NCBI GenBank assembly: GCA_051294375.1
Contig: CM119266.1
Span: 4,524,573-4,588,572 of the forward strand
DNA from: Paraspadella gotoi
Lineage: Eukaryota > Animalia > Chaetognatha
Length of the DNA: 64,000 nucleotides
Direction: 5' to 3'
In this document: one piece after another, positions 12,090 through 23,472 of the stretch
Layout of the letters: each line of letters begins with the position of its first letter
Position numbering within the stretch: the stretch's first letter is position 1
The notes under the pieces: generated by a model
The model's input: only the letters and a program-made list of their open reading frames with translations
Databases searched by the model: none
What the model was told of the DNA's origin: nothing
Translations under genes and position numbers: made by a program

Positions 12090-12274
12090 CTGAAAAACTC
12101 CGGATTGAAGGCAGCGACATGATCGTTGATTGGCTCGCTGGACGGAGGCCTCGAGACGGCTTGACCAATCAGAGATCCGGAGAGAGACTGACCAATCAGC
12201 AGACGAGATCCAGACTGACCAATCAGAGAGTCGATCGTGAAAGACGAGGGGGCGTGGCGTGAATGGTGCATCAT
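12090..12274 (-). CDS. Exon 1 of an eh1-motif transcription factor gene, probably a Gbx/unplugged-like ANTP-class homeobox gene (homeobox not visible)
   Basis: ATG at 12274 gives MMHHSRHAPSSFTIDSLIGQ...AFNPEFF. FTIDSLIG fits the eh1 (Groucho-binding) motif and is closest to the FSIDSLIG of Gbx proteins. Ends at AG|GTTAAC donor, phase 2. Confidence 0.7.
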
Positions 12275-12405
12275 CGTTGAGTTTTTTTGTTAATTATGAA
12301 TCTGAAAATCAATAAAATATATAAAATAAAATATATAATAAAATCAATCCAAGATGGCGGCCGCAGAAATCCAAGATGGCGGCTGACGACATCCAAGATA
12401 GCGAC
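12129..12405. promoter_or_regulatory. Motif cluster at the 5' end of the eh1 gene: CCAAT boxes, GC box and tandem YY1/PHO-type sites
   Basis: GACCAATCAG with CCAAT at 12165, 12192 and 12219 (27-bp spacing); reverse ATTGG at 12129; GGGGGCGTGGC at 12248; CAAGATGGCGGC at 12350 and 12372, with a degenerate third copy at 12394. Confidence 0.45.
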
Positions 12406-13944
12406 TACTCGTAGTAGTACTAAATTATGTTCATCGAGAGAAAAAAAATGATAGCAAAGGGAAACTAATGTGAGAAAAGTGGAATGACGGAANNNNNNNN
12501 NNNNNNNNNNNNNNNNNNNNNNNNNNNNNNNNNNNNNNNNNNNNNNNNNNNNNNNNNNNNNNNNNNNNNNNNNNNNNNNNNNNNNNNNNNNNNNNNNNNN
12601 NNNNNNNNNNNNNNNNNNNNNNNNNNNNNNNNNNNNNNNNNNNNNNNNNNNNNNNNNNNNNNNNNNNNNNNNNNNNNNNNNNNNNNNNNNNNNNNNNNNN
12701 NNNNNNNNNNNNNNNNNNNNNNNNNNNNNNNNNNNNNNNNNNNNNNNNNNTTTCTTAAATCTTTTTCGTTTCCTTGAATCACCAACAGAGACCAAAAAAA
12801 CTAATGACGGAAACTTCGTTTAAAAAAAAAATTCCTGTTTTTCTCAAAAGTTTTTAAATCTTCCAAAACACACACACACAAAGCCACGCTCACACACATA
12901 GCCGCTGGCAAGTTCCCGCCAACACACATAAACTTGAGGTCTTTTCTCAAGACCGCGAATTAGGCTAAATGTTCTTTCTTCCTTTCTTTCTTTCTTTCTT
13001 TCTTTCTTTCTNNNNNNNNNNNNNNNNNNNNNNNNNNNNNNNNNNNNNNNNNNNNNNNNNNNNNNNNNNNNNNNNNNNNNNNNNNNNNNNNNNNNNNNNN
13101 NNNNNNNNNNNNNNNNNNNNNNNNNNNNNNNNNNNNNNNNNNNNNNNNNNNNNNNNNNNNNNNNNNNNNNNNNNNNNNNNNNNNNNNNNNNNNNNNNNNN
13201 NNNNNNNNNNNNNNNNNNNNNNNNNNNNNNNNNNNNNNNNNNNNNNNNNNNNNNNNNNNNNNNNNNNNNNNNNNNNNNNNNNNNNNNNNNNNNNNNNNNN
13301 NNNNNNNNNNNNNNNNNNNNNNNNNNNNNNNNNNNNNNNNNNNNNNNNNNNNNNNNNNNNNNNNNNNNNNNNNNNNNNNNNNNNNNNNNNNNNNNNNNNN
13401 NNNNNNNNNNNNNNNNNNNNNNNNNNNTTTCTCTCTCTTCTTTTTAACTCCACTCTTTTCTCTCTCTCTCCCTCTTCCCTGCTCCTCCTTCCTCACTCTT
13501 CACCGCTCCCCTATCGCCCCTCTTCCCCTTTTCTCCGCTCCCCTTTCCTCCCTCTAATTGTCCACTAATTGCTCCAGTCGCTCTGAGACTTTTAACTTTT
13601 TTATCTCCTTCGACGTCGCTACTGTTTTTTCGCTCCGACGGCCGCATTCTCGTTGGAGCCGAGGTTAATTGTTCTAGAGGAGCTTTTTTTGTCTCTACAG
13701 GAGCGGATTACTCCAACTCAAATTTTAAAAAATCATTATCGCAAATTTGAGAAGAAAAAATCTATTTTTAGCTTTTTTTCTTTTCAAAAAATGAATTTTT
13801 TTTCTTTTCTTTCAAAAAGAAACGAACTCGTGAACTCGCGTAATTTTTTTTCGCGAATTCAAAAAGTCGCAATAAACAGAAAAACTAAAAAAAAAAAAAG
13901 AAAATTGAATTAATTCCATGCAATCTTTTCTTTTCTCTCAACAA

Positions 13945-15815
13945 AAAAAAAGAAAAAGAAAAGAAAGAAAAGAAAGAAAAGAAAAAGAAAAAAAGAAAGA
14001 AAAGAAAACTCATAAAGCTAATTTCTTTCCTTCTTCTTTTCGACCCTCGAATTTTGAGCCGCAAAAAAAAAAGGAAAAAAAAGGAAAAAGTAAAAAGGAG
14101 ATATTTCTTTTCCTTCTTTTTTTCCTTCCTTCCTCCATTCCTTCTTTCCTTCTTTCCTTCCTCCCTTTCTATTTTTCTTTCCTTCCCTTTCTCTTTTCAA
14201 TCCTCACTTCCTTCATTCTCTCCTTCCTTCCTTCTTTTCTTCTTTCCTTCCTTTCTTCTCTCCTTCCTTCCTTCCTTCCTCCCTTCCATCCTTCCTTCTC
14301 TACTTTTTTCCATCCTTTCTTTCTTTCTTTCTTCCTTCTTTCCCTTTTCTCTTACCTCACCTTTTTCCCCTTCCTCATTTCCTGCTCTTCCTCCTCTTCC
14401 TCTTTCTGCTTCTCCAACACTTTTTGACTTCTAGTTTTTTTTTCGAGAAAAAGAATTTCAAATTTGAAAATCGTTTTGTCTGGCCGGTCCTGACACGCCC
14501 ACCGCCCCCCCTTCGCCTCGGGTCCCGGCGGAGCAATTTGCGAAAACATCAGTTAAATGCTTGGGACAAGACAAAGCGACTGAGAGATGAGGNNNNNNNN
14601 NNNNNNNNNNNNNNNNNNNNNNNNNNNNNNNNNNNNNNNNNNNNNNNNNNNNNNNNNNNNNNNNNNNNNNNNNNNNNNNNNNNNNNNNNNNNNNNNNNNN
14701 NNNNNNNNNNNNNNNNNNNNNNNNNNNNNNNNNNNNNNNNNNNNNNNNNNNNNNNNNNNNNNNNNNNNNNNNNNNNAGCGATACGGCGTTTGTAAGCGAG
14801 AGAGAAATTTGAAAGGTTAATTTAAGAATGAAGGAGAGAAGGTAGAAGACGAGGAGGAGCATGAGGAGGAGGAAGAGGATGAGGAGAGGGATGAGGAGAA
14901 ATATGAGGAAGAGGATGAGAAGGAAGATGAGGATGAGGATGAGGAAGAGGATGAGGAGATGGATGAGGAGAAGGTGCCGGAGGAGGAGGAAGAAGAAGAA
15001 GAAGAAGAGGAAAAAAGAAAAGAGAAGGAAAAGAAAAGAAAAGGAGACGATAACCAGACGGCGTGAAAATGGTGAGAGAATTCATGAGTCGCGTCGAGGG
15101 AATATAATGGGGAGGGAGGAAAAGGGAAAATTGGGAGGAAAGGAAGGAAAAGGGAAAATGGGGAGGAAAGAGAGGAAAGGGAGAAAAAGGGAGAAAAAAG
15201 AGAAGAAATGGAGTAAAGGATTGGGCGAGGAAATGGAGAAAAGAAAGGGAGGATAGAAAAAGAAATGAAAGTGGGGACAATTGTGAAAAGGAAAGGAAAA
15301 AAAGGGCGAATTGGAGGTAAGGGAAAATCGATGGAAAGGAAAGGAAAGAAAGGAAAGAAAATAAAGAAAAAATCAAAAAGAGAAGAAAGATTATAATGAA
15401 AATAAATAGATGAAAGAGAAGAAAAAGAGAAGAAAGATGAGACCCGCCCATCATTTCGTTTCGGTCATCAAAATTCGCTCAAATTTTCCGAGGCGTCTGT
15501 TTCACCCTTTGGCGCTTCTCTTCTCCTCCTCCTCCTCCTCTTCCTCCTCCTCCTCTTCATCTTTCCTCTCTCACTTTTTTCTTTCCTTCTTCCTTCTCTA
15601 TTTTTTCTCTAATCTCTCATATTCTCTTTCATCTAATGTCTCCCCTATCCATTTTTCCTCTTTCCTTCCTCCTTTCCTTTCTCCCTCTCCCTTTCTTCCT
15701 CTTTTCTCCCTTCCCTCTTCCTCCCCACCTCCCTCTTTCTCTTCTTCACCCCTCCCTCCCCTCTCCCTTCTCCCTCCCTCTCTCCCTCCCTCTCTTCTTC
15801 ACCCCTCCCTCTCAT
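13945..15815. repeat. Alternating long polypurine and polypyrimidine low-complexity tracts
   Basis: Purine-rich about 13945-14100 and 14825-15440; pyrimidine-rich about 14105-14415 and 15515-15815. Confidence 0.85.
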
Positions 15816-16264
15816 CTCTTAAGTGGAAGGGCCGAATCTTGTCCCCAAAGTCTCATTCCATCCACCGACTCTTCAATGTTATTCCATCCCTCAACATTTT
15901 TAGACCAAAAAAAAATCGAAAAATGAAAAAAAAGAAAAATAAAAAGAAAAAGAAAAAAAAAGAACTTGTGGCTGAGAAGAATTCTGACTCCCATGTACAA
16001 AGTACAAATAGCTAAAATTGGTTTTAAATTAAATGATATCTTAGGTAAATAAAAAAATATTAATGTAATTATCAAAAGTTCTAAAAGTGATCTTGTTTTT
16101 TGCGTCATCGTTATATCATAAAAGTATGAAACCTCAAATGTTTTAATGTTACTGATTAATATTATCATTTTAGTTTCAAAAGTGACAGATTATCAAAGCA
16201 GACGATAACTGACAGATAATTTCTATTTCAGCTATCTCCTTTCATCCTCAAGCTTCTTTCACTC

Positions 16265-16298
<34 letters not shown>

Positions 16299-18571
16299 CC
16301 CCTCTATCTGCCTCCCTCACTTTCTTTTTCTAAAAAGCGCGTGTGGTAACCGAAGATTTTTTTTCACAAATCCATCCCCGTTCTCAATGGCCATAAAATT
16401 CACATTCTGCAATTCCTTACTAATCGCTGTGAACATCCTGAGTAGTTGAGCTTCACTTCTTTCACTTATCCTCTTCCCTCTTCCTCCTCCCAGTCGCTTA
16501 GGCTGAAGTCCTCCTCTTCCTCTTCTTTTTCCTACCCGCTTTCGTTGCTCTTCTCCTCTTCCTCTTCCCCCTCTTTCCTCCTCCTCCTCCTCCTCAGTTT
16601 CCCCTTGAAGGATAAAAGATGAAATTGCAAGAAAAAAAATTTTTTTCAAAGAAAAAAATCTTTTTTTAAAGAAAAATTTTGCTTGATTTTTAATAATAAA
16701 AAAGTCTATATTCCATATTCATACATGAAAGTTGTCGTAGAATTACTTTAGTTATGAGCCACCGCCTGAAAACTGGAAGTATTATTGACTTTATGATAAC
16801 TTATTATTTTATACAACTTTATTATAATTTTGCCTCTAGAAATCTTGATTTTAAAATGTGTAAAAAATATGAAAAATCCTTGAATATTAAATACTTGAAC
16901 ATAACGATTTCAATTTCCTTGGCCTCTTGGAGTCGAGGGAAAGAGAGAGTGGAGGGAGATAGAGACAGAGAGAGAGAGAAAGAAAGAATGAGAGAAAAAG
17001 ACATTGTTGCTTTGGTTAGCTGTAAAATAGTGAAAAACAAAAAATCTACTTAAATAAAGAAAAAATGATAAATACAAAAATAGATAAATAAATAATCAAG
17101 AATCAATCAGGAAAGAAAGAAAAAAAAAANNNNNNNNNNNNNNNNNNNNNNNNNTAGAGATCAATTATACAAAGATAGTAGATTATGTAAAGAATAGTGA
17201 ATGGTATGACTACATACGGTAGATGTGATCCTTTAGAGCGTCATCAGCCTATAAGTTAGTCATCAAGACGTATGCACGCAGAACTCTCACGATGATACTT
17301 TTACATGTTACTGGGGATCCTCGAGATCGTTCTTCTATTAATCGACAGTAACCTTTATCGTTCTCATATCATAATGCCTACCATACTTTGATCCCGCATA
17401 GGATACTTCTCACATAGCAGTGAGCTGTATAAATGACAGCATTGCAATTTTATCTCTGCATGCTTAATTTCTCTCTCCTCTCACATATCCTCAAAGACTA
17501 CTAATCAAATCGTGAGAGAGTACACTGACGTATGCACTTCTAGCTCGACTCTCTCATCTCTCTCATCGACTCTGACGTCAGTACGGAGATCTCTCTCTCT
17601 TCCTCTCTCTTTCTTCTCTGACTCTTCTCTCTATCTGCACCGCCTCAGCTCATGATCTTGTTTCTGAAAAGCGGGTGGGTGAGAGACCGAAGGATGGCAT
17701 TTTTCACAGAAACATCCATCCCGTCTCAAAGAATGAGGGACCATTAAAATTCACATCGAGCGAATAATTCCCTTGATACTAATCTCGCTGTTGAACACTC
17801 CGCAGTAGTGATAGAGCATTTCACTTTTCTTCACGACCTCCCTCGAGGACCTGCCGCTCCCCAACCGGATGTTGTTTGTCTAGATGCCGTCACTGCACCT
17901 TGCAGAGTAGCCACCGGCAGGTGTGACGTCGCCCCCATGAATAAATTTGTTTCGCTCCGATGAAAACCTCAAAGGCGAAGAGAGACGAAGGCTTTTATAG
18001 GTGCGTCTCGAGAGGAAGACGACGACGACGACNNNNNNNNNNNNNNNNNNNNNNNNNNNNNNNNNNNNNNNNNNNNNNNNNNNNNNNNNNNNNNNNNNNN
18101 NNNNNNNNNNNNNNNNNNNNNNNNNNNNNNNNNNNNNNNNNNNNNNNNNNNNNNNNNNNNNNNNNNNNNNNNNNNNNNNNNNNNNNNNNNNNNNNNNNNN
18201 NNNNNNNNNNNNNNNNNNNNNNNNNNNNNNNNNNNNNNNNNNNNNNNNNNNNNNNNNNNNNNNNNNNNNNNNNNNNNNNNNNNNNNNNNNNNNNNNNNNN
18301 TTTTCATTTTTTTCTTCAGTTCTCCCTGATTTTTGTTCTTTCTATTTTCTTTCTGTTCTACCTAAATAGCTTTACTGACTATTTATTCTTTTCTTTCCTT
18401 TTTTTTCTTTCTCTCTATCTCCCTCTCTCCGTCTCTCTTCCCACTCATTTTTTCCTCTCCCTTCAGATTGCCTTTGACTCTCTCTCCCTCTTTCCCCTTT
18501 TCTCCATCCCTTAATTTTTTTTTTTAAATATCGTTACAAAAAAAGTTCGGAAATCGTAAAATCCGCATTAT

Positions 18572-18587
18572 CGCTGCCATCTAACGG
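18572..18587 (-). promoter_or_regulatory. CTCF-like motif
   Basis: Minus strand CCGTTAGATGGCAGCG resembles the CTCF core; single motif match only. Confidence 0.3.
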
Positions 18588-18848
18588 AGAAGAAAAGAAT
18601 TTTCGCAAAGCTCATTAATAGGGGGAGAGGGAGAGAGAGNNNNNNNNNNNNNNNNNNNNNNNNNNNNNNNNNNNNNNNNNNNNNNNNNNNNNNNNNNNNN
18701 NNNNNNNNNNNNNNNNNNNNNNNNNNNNNNNNNNNNNNNNNNNNNNNNNNNNNNNNNNNNNNNNNNNNNNNNNNNNNNNNNNNNNNNNNNNNNNNNNNNN
18801 NNNNNNNNNNNNNNNNNNNNNNNNNNNNNNNNNNNNNNNNNNNNNNNN

Positions 18849-18882
<34 letters not shown>

Positions 18883-20093
18883 TTGATGCCCGAAAAAGAT
18901 AAGAAGGAAAAAAAGGTTCCTACGTGACAATCATGAATTTAGGAAGAAAAGAATAAAAGAGAAAAAAAACAAAAGGACATCAAACTGAAAACTTGAAAGA
19001 TCAAATCTGTAAACAATAAACAAATTCAAATTTAATCGTATTCATACAACCATTCTATTTTATTTAAAAATACCCAGGAAATAATTTACATTTTATTTTT
19101 CATCCCAGTGTAGGGAGACTCTCTATGTATATCTCTATCTCTCTCTCGCTCTCTCTCTTTAGTCTCCCTCATTCTCTCTCTCCCCCTCTTTCCCTCTTCC
19201 CCTCTCTTCTNNNNNNNNNNNNNNNNNNNNNNNNNTAGAGAGAGACAGAAGGAAGAGCGAGACGATGAAAGCCTGGGAGCTGAGAGAGAGAAGAGGAGAG
19301 AGAAGAAAGAGAGAGAGAGAGAGGGAGAGAAGAGAGAGAGAGAGGAGAGAGAGAGGAAGAGAGTAAGGAAAAAGTATTATCTTTGGATTTCATTCTTGTT
19401 CGGCTTCGAAAATCCGTGACACCAAGCGGCGGAACAAACGGAGGCGACCGCGGACGACGGACGCCGCGACGACACCGACGACTGATGACGCACGACGACG
19501 GACGGACTGACGGACGATCGTTCGATGCCCGAAAAAAAGGATAAGAAGGAAAAAAAAAAAGGTTCCTAATCAGCGCCGCAACGGCCGCGTGACAGGGATT
19601 CAGTGGACATTTAGGAAGGAAAAAGAATAAAAGAAGAAAAGAAAAAAAAAAACAGAACAAGAAGGACAAGTCAAACTGGAAAACGGTTTGTGAAAGATCA
19701 AATCTGTTAAGACAATAACCGAACACAAAAGAAAATTCCCGAAGACAGGAATGTTAATCGATAGTGTCATAGCAAACCATTCTATCCTTATATTTAAAAA
19801 ATAACCAGGAAAATATTCAAATGTTTATTGGTTTTCAGTCCCGCGCAACAAGAGAATTGTAGGGCAGCCGACGTTCTCTCGATCTGGCCTATATCTCTAT
19901 GTTCTTCTGCTGTGCTCCGCATCGGCTCTCTGCTACTTTAGTTGCTCAGCCTCATTCTCTCTCTCGCCCCGGTCCTTTCCCGTCTTCCCAGCCTCTCGTG
20001 TCTCTTCCCTCTCCCCTCTCTCGTCCGCTCGCGTCCTCTTTCTCTTCCTCCCTCGCCGGTCTCTGCTCTCGCTGTCTCTCTCTCTCTCTCTCG

Positions 20094-20124
<31 letters not shown>

Positions 20125-20212
20125 TCGTCTCTCTGCGTCTCCCTCCCCTCTCTCTCCCTCACCCTTCTCCCCACTCTCTCTCTCTCTGCTTCTCTCTCTT
20201 CTCTCTCTCTCT

Positions 20213-20249
<37 letters not shown>

Positions 20250-20319
20250 CTCCTCTCTCGTCCCTGTCACCCGTGTCTCCCCACTCTCTCTCTCTTCTCT
20301 CTGCTCTCTCTCTTTTCTT

Positions 20320-20353
<34 letters not shown>

Positions 20354-20927
20354 CCCAGGGTTTTAAGTTTTTTTCCTTTCGCTCCGCAGAAAATTTCCTT
20401 TGTGTCTGTTTGTGGCATTTTCATCAGCGGCCAGCCCATCCACCTCGTTCATCGTTTATCGTCATCATCATTATCGTCGTCGTCGTCGTCGTCGTCGGCG
20501 TCGTCGTCGTCGTCGGACACGTCTCCTCCCATCGCATTGAAACAATGTCATCTGCCTCATCATAGTTGGCGAGATCGTCTTCGTTCGTCGTCGTCGTCGT
20601 CATCGTCGTAGTCGTCGTCGTCGTCGTCGTCCTTCGTGATGATGTTTTGGGGTCACAATCGTCGTGAATTCTCACCGTGAATCGTTGTGATGGCAACTTT
20701 TGTCATTTTCGTCATATTAGATGTAAATAACAATCTTCAATGATGATTGTGATAGCTGTCATTAGAGCTGTCATTGCACGCCCAGTGCAAGATTCTTCTT
20801 CTTTTATGTCTCGTCGATATCAGGCCTATTTCTTGCCCGTCGTCGATGCTAGTTCTAAGTTCTTTGTATAGCGGAGATACAAACATCATATGATATAATC
20901 TANNNNNNNNNNNNNNNNNNNNNNNNN

Positions 20928-21404
20928 ATGTTCAGCAAACTGCGGAACAGAAAGTTGACCTCGGGACGATACGATAGGGCTGGTGTGTTGTTTGGAATCG
21001 ATCTGTCAGAGACATTGCCATGTCTCTTCCCACGTATGCTGCTGCACAAGGGTTGCGTTGCCCCGTCCCCTGCACAGGCCGTCCAGTAGACGGCTCCTGA
21101 AGTTTTCGTACTGGGGATTTTTATCTGTTCGGTTTCACCAAAATGCTCACGTAGGGAGCCGCCGCGGGCCATCACTGAAGTGGGAGATCCCCTGCTTTTG
21201 CTAGCAACCCGCCACCATGCTTCAGTGATCCCCTGGTGTAGGGAGGGGACAAGTGACCCACGTTCCTGGGCGCTTCTGTTATCTTCCACTTGCGGCTGTG
21301 GTGGGCGCGGTCGGCACTTTTAGCAGCAAGATCCCGTCGCCTCCTGGGGGGTGGAGTAGAACCTGCGTGGGCGGTTACTTGGACAGCCCCTTAGTGGGCC
21401 ACTG
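20928..21404 (-). pseudogene. Frameshifted Penelope-type linker and GIY-YIG endonuclease fragment
   Basis: Reading across frameshifts: HQGITEA..RVASK.G..TSV...SLREH..K.KDKIP..KTSGAVYWTACAG...PC..AYVG.., matching the LRxxLVxPKDKIP / GVVYxIxC / YIGET pattern of Penelope-like elements; cut off by a 25-N gap. Confidence 0.8.
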
Positions 21405-21873
21405 AAAGCGGCAAGAACGGACAACGCCCGCCTCGCCAGCAGGCGAGAAGAGGGCAGCCAAGCCAGGCACAACAGGTCAAAGAGACATAGAGTGGCTCTG
21501 GGAATCTTTTCCGTCAGGTTCGGATACCCAGTGCAACATTCACTGGTTCAACCACACTCTTCCTCTCAGCCTATGACCGCGCGTAATGACCTTGGCACCA
21601 TCGTCCTCGTGTCCTTCATTTGCATATAAAACAAGGGGGGCCAGCGCTCATTTGAGCTCTTTCTTTCTCCTTATATTCACTTTCCTTATTCCTCCTAACA
21701 ATCAAACTATCTTTTCCGCATTTCCAAATTTCATAATTCCATGTTTACATCCCTTTAGCTAACTATTTAAATTAGCATAATTGTAATATCTCTAATCTAT
21801 CTATATCATATTATTTTACTTTTGTATGTACATACAAAATGTATCTTTAATACTTATTTATTTATCCCTGTTG

Positions 21874-21905
<32 letters not shown>

Positions 21906-22038
21906 AAACCAAAATTTCATTTTCTTTCACAACGTCACTCAATCTGTCTCAACTTCAGCCTGTTCTCTCATCTGACCACTATTTTCTCACCACTTTGTTG
22001 GAAAAAACCTTTTACCTCTATCGTCTCTCTCTCTCTCA

Positions 22039-22073
<35 letters not shown>

Positions 22074-22200
22074 ACCACCTTTCTTTTTCACAATATTTTC
22101 CTTTGGCAAACGCCTGATGACAGGCTCGAAATGTGATCCGAAACATGTCCGTATCTCTTAATTAAAAATTCGTGTGTAAACACCAATTAAAAAACTTTTT
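21405..22200 (+). repeat. Inverted 3' end / pseudo-LTR of copy A
   Basis: Matches the reverse complement of about 50880-51750, e.g. cctcgccagcaggcgagaagagggcagc, caaggggggccagc..ctca.tttgagctctttct and aaaattcgtgtgt.aac. Confidence 0.8.
22108..22153 (+). ncRNA. Minimal type I hammerhead ribozyme (Penelope-associated)
   Basis: aaacgc-CTGATGA(22114)-ca-GGCTC..GATCC (stem II, one mismatch)-GAAA(22140)-CATG palindromic tetraloop-TC-cgt (short stem I); predicted cleavage after C22149. Confidence 0.8.
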
Positions 22201-23154
22201 TTTTCTCTAAATCATAACAACAACGAAAACGAAGGTTTATCGCATCATAGCTATTATATATATAAGTTGGTGCTCTTCAGTTTGGGTTTCCCGCATCACA
22301 ATGAATTATTTTTTTCTAAGCGACGTTCCCCAACCCATAACCATTCCAATTTTATAATTTTATAGGACTTTCTTTCTAAAGCCATTAAAGATAAAATACA
22401 TTTCAACAATCTATCTATATATATATATATGCATCCCTTTCCAATCAGCGTACATGATCCATGTCCTCTCATCATGAGGTTTACGGAACCAAGTATTTGT
22501 CCAATCCAGTTAACTTTTTACGAGCGAGTTCCTCGCTTATTATCTAATTACGAGGGGAGTTCTTTCTATTGCAGGCCTTCAATCCTCTAATATCTATCTC
22601 GGTTTTATTTTCACCACAAAAATAGAGTCGCTGCTGGTCATCGGCCAATGTGGCAAATCAATTTAAAAAAATCCGCCAGTTACGTCAGTCAGTCAGGTCA
22701 TCTTCTTATAGCCGTCAATTAATGAATTTACTACCATAAAATTATACAATTTCATATTCTTCTTCAACCTTCAATTCGTATTATATTATTTCTTTTTTAA
22801 AAAAAAAAACCGCTAAAAAATTTTCATAAAATTTGAATTATTTCTACCATTTTTTACGTTCGTTTCAAAGAAAAAACATTCCTCCTCCAGTACGAGGCGC
22901 CTGGCGTCCTGCTTCTATTTCCCGGCGAATGATAATTTCCATACTGCGCGTTGAATCGGGAGCCACGCCCCCTCTCCTTCCCCTCCCTCTCGAATGGCTT
23001 TACCATCTCCAGAAATTCCACTTCCATTGCTTGCCATTGCTGCCCGCAAAGCATTTCTCTTCGTTCGACTCGAAGGAGAAAAAAAAAAAATCTCATCTCC
23101 ACCCAAAAATCTCATCTCTCCCATCGATCAAAACTCCGCCCTTCCGTCGTATAC

Positions 23155-23472
23155 GTCATCGTCATCATCATCATCATCGTCATCGTCATCGTCATCGATC
23201 ATCACGTCATTCTCATCGTCATCATCATCGTCATCATGTCTCATCATCCGTTCATCATCATCGTCTATCCTAATCCTACTCATCTATCATTCATCGTCAT
23301 CATCATCGTCATCATCGTCATCATCATCGTCATCATTCATCGTCATCCGTCATCGTTCATCATCGTCATCATCATCGTCATCATCATCGTCAATCATCGT
23401 CATCGTCGATCATCATCGTCATCGTCATCATCGTCACGTCATCATCATCGTCATCGTCATCGTCATCATCGT
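23155..23472. repeat. Compound (CAT)n/(CGT)n microsatellite
   Basis: Visible directly. Confidence 0.9.

Larger units (their letters stand above)
20928..22200. mobile_element. Penelope-like retroelement copy A, 5'-truncated, with inverted 3' pseudo-LTR
   Basis: Minus-strand GIY-YIG remnant (20928-21404) joined at about 21404 to a plus-strand copy of the element's 3' end that finishes in a hammerhead; both parts align by eye to copy B. Confidence 0.85.

Noticed and set aside
17155-17850. Tandem duplicate of about 16000-16480
   Set aside because: Insertion-rich copy immediately after a 25-N gap; probable raw-read overfill.
19440-20050. Tandem duplicate of 18849-19210
   Set aside because: Same artefact pattern after the 25-N gap at 19211.
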